Assembly: GCF_037042905.1 (NCBI RefSeq) | Contig: NC_087245.1 | Span: 34,350,001 to 34,414,000, forward strand | DNA length: 64,000 nucleotides | Reading direction: 5' to 3' | Source: Lytechinus pictus | Lineage: Eukaryota | Shown: positions 53,815 to 64,000 of the stretch, piece after piece | Layout: each line of letters starts with the position of its first letter | Numbering within the stretch: the first letter of the stretch is position 1 | Made by a program: the position numbers and the translations under genes | The notes under the pieces: generated by a model | What the model was told of the DNA's origin: nothing | What the model saw: only the letters and a program-made list of their open reading frames with translations | Database searches by the model: none

Positions 53815-54252
53815 AGGTTCAAATTCACAAAGGTGGTTTTGAAAACCCACGGTTATGTCCATGGTTTATGCAGATTTCCTGTATAAATTACGCCTACATG
53901 TATTTTACCGCGTATATTAGAAAATGTCCAATGCTGATGCGCGCTTTTGTCACAGTGCGCCAAACTGATGCCTGTTGCCGTTGTTATCCACGCTATTTTA
54001 TTAATGAGTCCACTGTTTTGAATTAATGAGTCCACTCTTCAGACAGTAGACTCATGAATGAAATAGCGTACCGTATCTAACCATGGTAACAGGCGTCAAT
54101 TTGGCGCACTGTGACAAAAGCGCGCATCAGCGTTGGACAATTTTTATACACGCGCCCGATACCCGCTAAATTAAGCGTAATTAATACAGGAAATCTGCTT
54201 AAACCATGGACTCAACCGTGGGTTTTCAAAACCACCTTTGTGATTTCGGGCC
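53815..54252. mobile_element. ~435-bp long-palindromic (foldback) MITE
   Basis: TCACAAAGGTGGTTTTGAAAACCCACGGTT... is mirrored at the other end, with pairing extending nearly to the centre. Confidence 0.8.
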
Positions 54253-54614
54253 ATAATGTTTTATTAAGATTTGATAGAATCGGTCATTGATATTTGGCGA
54301 CATAACATTCTTTTGCATGTGCTGCATTGTGTGCATGATAAGATCTTTTGATTTAGGATAATGAATTGACCAAGGCCATTTGACACAGAGCTTCATTGAT
54401 ACTGATTTTAAAGGGATGTTCCGCGCTGAAAATATTTATATCTTAATACATAGAGTAGAATTCACTAAGCAAAATGCTGAAAATTTCATCAAAATCGGAT
54501 AACAAATAATAAAGTTATTGACGTTTAAAGTTAAGCAATATTTTGTGAAAACAGTCGTCATGAATATTCATTAGGTGGGCTGATGATGTCACATCCCCAC
54601 TTTCCGTTTTCTAT

Positions 54615-55230
54615 AGGCCCCAATTACACAGAACGGAGACCGTTGAAAGACCACTGAAAGACTTAAAATTGATGAGGTCTTACAGCGGTCTTCAAGATCA
54701 CTGAAATTTGTCATCTCTGTGGAATGGCTCAGAAAGACCCCTCAAAGAACTCTGAAAGACTGATGGATATTTCTTGTCTTACTGGTCTTAGAGTAGTCTT
54801 TCAATGGTCTTTCAGAGATCTTTTATGCAACAAGTGATCTTTCAGAATTCTTTCCATGGACTTTGCCTGGTCTTTCAATGGTCTTTCAATGATCTTTCAA
54901 TGATCTCTCAGGAGTCTTACAGTGATCTCTGCAAAAATCTTGAGAGACTGCCGAAAGATCATTGAAAGACTATTAAGACCTTTGAAAGTTCATCGAAAGA
55001 CTGCTGAAAGACCGCTGAAAGACCACTGAAAGACCATTTTCTTGTAAGACCGTTGTAAGACTGTTTTGAACTGTTTCAAAAAGTTTTGGAGCCCATGAAG
55101 ACCACGAAGACCGCTGAAAGATTGGTCAGGACTCGTGTAAGACCTCAAAGACCATTGTAGGTTCATTGAGAGACCTCTGTAAGATCGACCAAAATTCATG
55201 GTCTTTGAAAGGTCTTTCAGCGGTCTTGCT
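54615..55230. repeat. Insertion of direct and inverted GAAAGACCACT-like short repeats inside a TTAA MITE
   Basis: Interrupts the 54412-55607 copy relative to its ~600-bp siblings. Confidence 0.65.
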
Positions 55231-57984
55231 TTATTACATAAAATCATAATTTTTTCATTATTTCATACTTGTGTGAATAATATATCTCCTTTATAATGAA
55301 ATAAGTTGCAGCAATAAATATCTAATGCACTAAATCAGTTTTCAATCAAATTTTTCTAGTTCTTGGAGGAAAAAATTTGAATAAACCTAATTTCATATAA
55401 TAAAATACAAAAGAACATGTGGAGATGTGACATCATCAGCCCACCTAATGAATATTCATGACGACTGTTTTCACAAAATATTGCTAAACTTTAAAATTCA
55501 ATAACTTTTTTATTTGTTATCCGATTTTGATGAAATTTTCGGCATTTTGCTCAGTGAATTCTAATCTATTTATTAAGCTATAAATATTTTCAGCCCGGAC
55601 CATCCCTTTAAGGTTGATGATTATGTGTTATTGTACACAATACTCGATGCAATCAATCTTAAAGACTTTGATCTGATGCAAAGGTTTGTATCACAGGACC
55701 TTAAAGGGAAATCCAGCCTTGGCCATAAAATGTTGTGTTGGGAAGGAGAAAAATAAATTAAACAGAATGGTGAAAGTTTGAAAGAAATTGGTCAAGCAAT
55801 AAGAAAATTATAGCTGCTTTAAAATGGAGATCACTAATACTATGTAGATTTCAAATTGGCAACTGGGTAAGTAAATTATGACAAGGGGCGAGGACAACTT
55901 TCCCATAGGCCATGTACTTTATTATCAGGGATTTGTGGTTTTCTCCTAAGTACCCATTCCCCTGGGGCAGTAATCTAAATATAACCCAGGTAGTATATTG
56001 TTTTATGTTCTCATGAAAGAAAAATATAATTTGAAATAAAAATTTTGGGAAAAATGACATTTTAGCCATAATATGTATTGGAGTACATGGAAGAGTAGTC
56101 CTTGCCGTACATCAATATAACATCCCATATGTGGCCAATTTGAAGTCTCCATGGGTATAGTGATTACCAATATTTACAACTTTTAAAATTTCATAACTTT
56201 CTTGTTGTTTGTCCAATATTGTTCAAACTTTTACATATCAACTTGTCTGATTTTTCTTTTCCTTATAAAAACAAGTTTTTATTTGGGTTGGATTCCCCTT
56301 TAAGTCAGTAGTGTAATGGAGTTTCAACTGGAATAGACCAGTTCGTAGTTAACTTACTTCATGGACAATTTTGGTCAAATGACCTTTCATTTCTTTCATT
56401 GTGATAGGCAGATTTCAAAGCAAGATATTACATAAGCATGCCTTACATAGCCAGAAAGAAATTGAATAGACCAGGTGACTAGAATAGCACACCAATGAAC
56501 ACTATTTTGTTGCATTACTACTTTGAATGCATGTTGTATAATATACTGCCAAACTGAAATACCAGTCGTTCGTGGAGTCGTGGACACATTGTTGTTTTTT
56601 GTGGATGTTAATGAAAAACACAAAAAGAGAATAATCAAGACATCAAAGTTGGTGCTTATCTCATTAAATTTTAAACCATCATGTCACTTTAGTACAAATG
56701 ACCTTCGGGCTTCCTCTCTGATCATGCGCAGAATCTCCTGATCATGCGCATAGTGGAACTACGAACTGGCTTATTGAAGAGTCTAAATTACCACCTGAAT
56801 CAAGCCAACCCCAAACTGAGATCAACTTTTGAACTCATTTTAATGAGTTTAACATCCATAGGTGGTGCATTCATCTCAAGGGGATGTATGTCACAAGTTG
56901 ATATAATGAATTTTGGAATGTCTTTAACATAATATAGGATTTATTTCATTTATAAAACGTAGTTGGGCAGAGTGTGATTATGAAAATGTAAGAAATTTTG
57001 TCGTTTAAAAAGATAACATATTTGACTCTTGAAATGTTTATACCCTTATTGCCATTACTTCAATACAATACAATATACAAATAACAAATAGGCATGAGTG
57101 CGAGATTTCGCATGAGGTGAAAGAAAGATGCTCTATTCAACGAGGCGTTAGCCTAGTTGAATAGAGTGTTTCTTTCACTGAATGCGAAATCTCGCACCAT
57201 TGCACGAATAAGAATATTTGCTATTTGTGTTGTACAACGCCTCAGAATCTAGCGAAAATATGAAAAAAGAAGAGTTTTTCCCTGTAGTAATTTATGAAAA
57301 GGGAGCAAAAATTTTTAAAGCAAAAAGCAAAATCCCACAAGCGCACGTGACCTAGGGCAGCATTGCGCTTGTAGCCAGCAAGCTATACGCATATTTCACC
57401 TTCATTTCTTACTGAGCGCAATGAATTGAATCGCAATGGGACGTCACCTCTTCAAGCCGTGCAACGGTACATTTTGGATGGTACGTCGTGTGTGCAACGT
57501 TACGAATGTTTGACATTCAGTCTCCCATTTGCTTGCGTACAACAAGCTAAGTAGGTGTTGTACAATACAATATAGTGCTCTTCACAATTATTGTATCACA
57601 TCGCTTTTGTGTGCAAAATCAAAATGGTGAAAGAAAAAAAAATACATACATAAATAACAAGTAAATTAACTATTAAAAAGAAATGTCTTTAATGACCGCT
57701 GAAATGCTTCCAGATATGATGATTCACAGATGCAGCGGGGTAGCATCAGGTCCATGTTCAAAGCAAGCATTGGGCATTGATCCTTGACCCCATCCTGACT
57801 TATTCCAATCTAGACCTTTCAGTTTCCACTATTTAGGCATACTGTTTCAAATGTAATTGTAAACTTCATTTTCATGAGATAAAAACAATTTTCATTCTTT
57901 CATATAATCAGTCATTTTATAAGAAGTACTGGCAAAGGTTAGAGAGTAATTTACATTGATGTATGTTTGTTTGTTTTTCCGGGG

Positions 57985-58541
57985 GGGGGGGGGGCACTTT
58001 CATTGACGAGTGGATACCATGCGCAACCAAAAAAACACGTAAAAAGGATGTCTTTTTCAAGATACATGTAGGGCACGTTACGTACGTAACGTAATAAGGG
58101 TGTCAAAAACACTAAAATAATGAAAAAAGGGTATCTATTTGGCTATGAAAGCTATGTGTTTAGGGTCAAATTTGCAAGGGTATAAAAAGACTAAAATGTT
58201 TCTTATAAAGGATGTACTTTTTGCCCCAACACTCCGCGTTTTTTAGAGTACGATTTGCGCGAGGTGTGGGAGGTGGGGCCATATACTAAATCCAATGATG
58301 TAGGAAAACCGACGACCGACGTCCGTGACATAACAAATTAAAATATCGCTATACTTGTTTAAGGGTTCAATTTAGGGAATACTTGCCAAGCGTATCGTTT
58401 TGTTTCCAATACTTGTTAAGGGTAGGGTTTCACATGCCAATACTTGTTAAGGGGTGCATTTCAGAATATGGAAAATACGTGTTTAGGGTGCTTTCCGAGA
58501 CCCCATGGTCGCGCATTGTATCCACTCGTCAATGGAAGTGG
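57985..58541. mobile_element. ~550-bp TIR element
   Basis: CACTTTCATTGACGAGTGGATACCATGCGC ... GCGCATTGTATCCACTCGTCAATGGAAGTG inverted repeats. Confidence 0.7.
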
Positions 58542-59195
58542 AAGTTTCTTCAAATATTCACATTAGAGAGTAGGCCTATATCCATGTGAGGTACACTTGT
58601 ATGGGGTAGTGATTTATTTCTTGAATGATTCTAATTGCCAATCAACAATATTCAGTGTAAAATACATAATTGATAAGCAATAATGATTATCAAATATTAT
58701 TTTTACTGTGCGAACGCATTTGTTAAGGAATGAGCGAGACAATGGAGCATCCTGTATGTGTTCAGACGGATCTGATATGAAATCTCTTATATAGCGCTTT
58801 TTTCCCTCAGCAGTCTGCAATCAAGAAAACTGGCAAAACAGTCCAAAGACTGAAAAATCCAGTTTACAGTATAAACAAAGGCAAAATACAATATTCATAG
58901 TGATGAAATATAAGCAAAAAATTACGACCAACCATATCATATTACACAATCATTAAATATATACCAGGAAAAAAAACCATGAAATTTTTTTTTTTAAATA
59001 CCATTTTGATCGATGAAGCATGTACAAACGTCAAGAAGTGTGAAGGTGTAATTCGAACAGAACGCAATTAGGGCATTAAAATTTCATTATTGTGGTCAAG
59101 CAGTTCTGTCAAGTATGATAAAGTCGGGTTTTGAAATGGCAAATTAACGTTGAACATTGCATTCTTTCTACTTGGTTGTCATGGTTACTAACCAG

Positions 59196-59225
59196 GAGGA
59201 AGAGGAGGATACGGAGGTTAGACTG
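59196..59225 (+). CDS. Candidate 30-nt cassette microexon B (EEEEDTEVRL)
   Basis: TACTAACCAG acceptor, CTG|GTAAGC donor, purine-rich body, phase 0/0. Confidence 0.5.
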
Positions 59226-61741
59226 GTAAGCCAATCAGAATTCAAAGAATTTAGTATGCCAAGGAATCAGTCCAGGAATGCTTTTTTTAACAAAGTTATT
59301 TTCAGCATTGCATGCTTCCTAATTTCAGTTGACTCCCACACAAAAATTTGTGTAACTTGCTTTCAAAAGCTGATCCATGAATGTTTTATTTTGCATGTTT
59401 TTTTAAGTTGTTATTGGAATGCATATGTATCAAAGCAAGTGTGTGATTAATGATGTAAAATAGGATTTTTCAGTATTTTTCCTTAATTCTAAAATGCAAA
59501 CTTCATACATTGTTTTTTATGATATTTGCAGTAATTATGATTTAATTATATTGACTAAAGTTTATGAAATGTATATCATTCATGATATGGTATTTTATTT
59601 CTCTGTATCGTACATACATGTACTAATGTTTGTCATAAAGTGATAATTTTAAGATGCATCTATTTAAAGGGGAAGTTCACCCTGACAAAAGTTTGTTGTA
59701 AAAATGGCAGAAAAAAAATAATAAAAAATAATTTGGAGGTTGAGGAAAATCCACCAAAGATTTAAAAGTTATTAGAATTTTAATATTTTGATTTGTGATG
59801 TCATATGCAAGCAGCTTTGACATATATCATAAAGTAAAAATACAAATCAATAAAATGTCATTTAAAAAAAAAATTAAAATGGTTTTTATTTTACCTTTAA
59901 TATATCAACAAATTATTGTACACCCACTCCTGAAAGAAAGAAAAAAATTTCATCATGAACCATAACAAAATTGAAATTTATGCATTTTATATTACCATAA
60001 CATATGGGGCAGCTGCTTGTATATGATGTCACAAATCAGAAAGTTAAAATTCCAATAACTTTCTTCATCTTTGAAGAATTTTCCTCAAACCTTCATCAAT
60101 ATATTTTATTATTTTTTTGATATTCTTACGACAAACTTTTCTTCAAGGTGAACTTCCCCTTTAAGAATCAAAATTATTATTTTTATCATGTATTTATTTT
60201 GGTTTAGTTGAAGTTTGATGCTAATGATGTATAACTAAATCAAGAAAATGTTATTTAATGTTCTTTTTTTAATTTTCTTTAGTTTATTGTAAAGAAATGT
60301 GCATCTTTTTCCTTGCATATATTAAAACTGCTGTATTTTTTCTTGAGCAAGTCTTTCTTTTCAGCAAGCAAATTTCTGTAAATTAATAATTAATACTTTG
60401 GCAGCAGGACTTTTTTGTTCAAAATATCAAGTTGTTATGTATATAATATTTCTTCATATTCCAAGTTAATTTACATCTTTATCTTTCTGTGGTGTGATAC
60501 ATGTAGATGACTGTGCAAGGGTTTACATTGCTTTGTAAATCCCTATTCAGAATACGCATGTATACCAATTTTCCATATTTGATAGAGCAAATCCAAATAT
60601 TTAGAGAAAGCCAAAAACTTTTATCCATATGACCCTTTGTCCCTCTTTTTGTGAAAGTTTGTCCATAGGTTTGTGTAGATAAGTTATCAATGTCCCTATT
60701 TTCAATGTGTACTTGCAATGATGGTAGACCATGAATATGCATGGTAGCATATACAAATTGATATACAGAACAAGCAAATTGGTGTTATCAGAATATTATT
60801 TGTAAATGGTCAAAGGACATGCAAGCAAAAAAAAAATAGTTTGTGTTTAGAGACAACATGCGACTGTGTAAGAAAGCCTTTGATCTACTGTATACTCTGA
60901 AAGGTCTTTCTAATAAAGAGATAAAATCAATTTTGACTATTCATGACTGATATTCATTTCTTTCATATAGAAAATTATTTTCAACCTATCATTATTAATA
61001 TTGCAAAATTTTAAGAATCACCTTAAATTAATCACTCAGTCTGTTTATAAGACAGCACCAGTGTTGGATCTAGCCAGGTTGAACACAATACCATTTCAGG
61101 GGGCCGTTTCATAAAGCTGTTCGTAAGTTAAGAGCGACTTTAAGAACGACTGGTGATCCTTTCTTACGCGCTTAACCATCACCAATGAATATACCATTTA
61201 CCACAAGAAAGGATCACCAGTCGTTCTTAAAGTCGCTCTTAACTTACAAACAGCTTTATGAAACATCCACCAGGGGCCATATTTTTTTATGCACAATAGT
61301 CGACCTCTCAAAATTGTTGTGTCCAATGCGGCTGGATCCGCGTCTGGAGAGCACCAACTCTTTGTATTTTAAGAAGCAGATTGGTTAAAATTCATATTTA
61401 GTGATTTGGTCAATTTCTGTTACAAATTGCTACAATTAGCTCATATTGTGGCTGATCTATTTGAATTCTTCAAGAAGCTGTGAGCACCGAAATCGGTAGC
61501 CTGGTTTACTAGTAGCTGGGGTAATATAGGTATGCCTTGAGCATATTGCTTGGTCCTATAGCTTAAAACATACACTCAGTTGTTCAATTAAATGCACCTG
61601 TAAGTGTATGTCAAACCGTGTACCATATAAAGTTACTATTGAATTTGAATATTAAGTGTTTTTTTATAGTACAGCCCCACATGTTGCAAAATCTGTTATA
61701 CTTTTCTAACTCTACTCCTTTTATCTTTCATTTGATGACAG

Positions 61742-61934
61742 GATGATGAGGATGTTGACAGTGGAACCATGGTAAGAGGGAAAGCCCCCGTGATCGGTGA
61801 TGACGACAACGGTACCATGATCATCAGTGGCTCGGCAGGGAACACGGCAAACACCTTCATTGAACATGAGGACGTAACGGACATTGATAGTGGAACCATG
61901 ATTGAACATGGTACAATGATTGATCATGATAGTG
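61742..61934 (+). CDS. STK3: Hippo/MST kinase exon 9 (DDEDVDSGTMVR...GTMIDHDS); linker with caspase-like site
   Basis: 193 nt, CAG/GTGAGT; EDVD-SGTMVR corresponds to the MST1 DEMD-SGTMVR region. Confidence 0.9.
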
Positions 61935-61970
61935 GTGAGTTCACAGAACTTTGTTCACTATTATATCCTT

Positions 61971-62543
61971 GGTTACACTTCGTAATTCCGAAGGTTCGTA
62001 ATTCCGAAGATTCTTTATTTCGAAGGTTCGTAATTCCGAAACACGTAAATTGCCTATACCTCGATGTTCGTTAATCCGAAAACATAAAAGGGTTCGTTAA
62101 TCCGAACATTTGTGGCGTTATTCCGAAGGTTCGTTATTCCGAAGGTTTGATAATCCAAAAACGAAATAAGGTTCGATGTTCCGAAGGCTCGTTAGTTCGA
62201 AAACGAAATAAGGTTCGTTGTTCCGAAGGTTCGTTAATCCGAAAACGAAATAAGGTTCGTTGTTCCGAAGGTTCGTTAGTCCGAAAACCAAACAAGGTTC
62301 GTTAATCATTACGTTTTCGGACTAACGAACCTTCGGAATTACGAACCTCATTTCTTTTTCGGATCAACGAACCTTCGGAATTACGAACCTCACTTTGTTT
62401 TCGGACTAACGAACCTTCGGAATTACGAACCTCATTTCGTTTTCGGGCTTACGAACCTTCGGAATTACGAACCTTCGGAAATACCAACCTTCGGAATAAC
62501 GAACCTTCGGAATAACGAAGCTTCGGAATTACGAATGTATGCG
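61971..62543. mobile_element. Foldback-like element made of inverted TTCCGAAGGTTCG tandem arrays, with 8-bp TSD
   Basis: ATATCCTT at 61963-61970 and 62544-62551; left arm (TTCCGAAGGTTCG)n, right arm (CGAACCTTCGGAA)n. Confidence 0.8.
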
Positions 62544-62545
62544 AT

Positions 62546-62812
62546 ATCCTTGATACTGGAGCTATGATAGAACATGGTACAATGATTGATCATGATAGTG
62601 GTGAGTTCACAGAACTGTTCACAGAACTTTATGCACTATTATATCCTTGATAGTGGAGCTATGATAGAACATGGTACAATGATTGATCATGATAGTGATG
62701 AGTTCACAGAACTGTTCACAGAACTTTATTCACTATTATATCCTTGATAGTGGAGCTATGATAGAACATGGTACAATGATTGATCATGATAGTGGTGAGT
62801 GTATAGAACTTT
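62546..62812 (+). repeat. Three extra tandem copies (~97 bp) of the exon-9 3' end plus donor
   Basis: TTGATAGTGGAGCTATGATAGAACATGGTACAATGATTGATCATGATAGTG-GTGAGT repeated; the middle copy has GT mutated to AT. Confidence 0.9.
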
Positions 62813-63750
62813 ATATTGCCCTCTCAGTCTTTTCATCCTATGGTATTCTTTTCTTTTGTGTGACCAGGACATGGGAAGTCTTCAGGACAGTTACCATAGT
62901 AACAATCAGACCCCACTGCTTGTCAGCCAATCAAAATCGAGGAAAGATGTCAGACTAACAACTTGAGTTCAGTTCTGAAAATCTAATTTCTGAGCTCTCA
63001 AATGATGTCAATTATGGAGGCGATCATATGAAACACGCTAGTGCATTGTTAGGATGCACTGCATATTTTATTTTAACGCTCTTCTATTGTGATTGGCATC
63101 TAAAAAACTTATTAAAAGTTACATATATTTACATCCCTGTTGGGTGTTTCATAAAGCTGTTCGTAAGATACGAATGACTTTACGCACGACTGGTGATAAT
63201 TTCTTGTGCTATGTAATATCCTTATGTAATTGAGTTATGACATAAGAACATGTTCCAGTCGTGCGTAAAGTCATGCGTAACTTTACGAACAGCTTTATGA
63301 AACATCCACCAGATATGTACATTTAAACGCACTTATTTAGTTATTTTGAGATTTGAAGAAACAAAAATTCTGTCATTCCAGTTCATATTTTACATCTTTA
63401 ACTGACTGTCAGTCTATGCCAGAGATACAGTTTCTACACAAAGTGAGTGCATCCTTCACAAAAAAACATATTTCACCGTAGCTCATCATCAAAATGATAA
63501 GCTGGTATAAAGAATAGAGAACACCGGATAGGATACCTCATTTTCTTTTGACAATAAAGCATTTGTTCCTATTAAAAACAAAGATCCATACATATTGTGT
63601 ATATTTTTTGTATAAACATACATGTATCCATAGAGGGTATGATGTACATTGTGTACTCACTCCTGAAGGATATTGTACATGCTCAGAGACTATTGCGCAA
63701 TAATGGTTTGGACATCATCTCACATGAATGTTGTTTTTTGCATCATTTAG

Positions 63751-63993
63751 GGACCATGATAGAACATGGCACAATGATTGACCACGATAGCGGGACCATG
63801 ATCGACCACGATAGCGGGACCATGATCGACCACGATAGCGGGACCATGATCGACCATGATAGCGGCACGATGGTGGACCACGACAGTGGGACGATGATCA
63901 AACATGGAAGTTTGAACGACCTGGAATCCAATATGGGCACCATGGTTATTAACAATGATGACAGCGATTCGGGTAATGACGGAACGATGAAGA
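63751..63993 (+). CDS. STK3: Hippo/MST kinase exon 10 (GTMIEHGTMIDHDSGTM... DLESNMGTMVIN...DGTMK); gene continues past the window
   Basis: 243 nt, TAG/GTAAGT, phase 1/1; GTMVIN and GTMK are conserved MST linker motifs; contains a 24-nt coding tandem repeat. Confidence 0.9.
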
Positions 63994-64000
63994 GTAAGTA

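Noticed and set aside
61971..62543. Short palindromic repeats resembling CRISPR
   Set aside because: Eukaryotic intron, no unique spacers, inverted arms and an 8-bp TSD indicate a foldback transposon.

Overview
AT-rich, repeat-dense animal genomic DNA. The gene and repeat content suggest an invertebrate deuterostome such as a sea urchin, but that is inference only. Three main parts: (1) an apparently intact BEL/Pao LTR retrotransposon gag-pol ORF on the minus strand (5062 to the window edge); (2) a complete 7-exon LACTB2 metallo-beta-lactamase-fold gene on the minus strand (40835-11575, 289 aa); (3) head-to-head with it, a Hippo/MST (STK3/STK4) kinase gene on the plus strand (41110 to beyond 63993; the SARAH exons lie outside the window). 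The introns hold many MITEs, Helentron-like repeats, LINE/SINE remnants, a piggyBac-type element and a four-level nested transposon stack. The most interesting signals concern exon-level innovation. LACTB2 carries an intact, diverged duplicate of its first coding exon plus a decayed third copy. The Hippo gene has two candidate in-frame 30-nt acidic microexons next to its caspase site, 13 Gly-Thr-Met motifs in the linker, two tandem arrays built from exon 3' ends plus splice donors, and a probable non-coding first exon inside LACTB2 intron 1.
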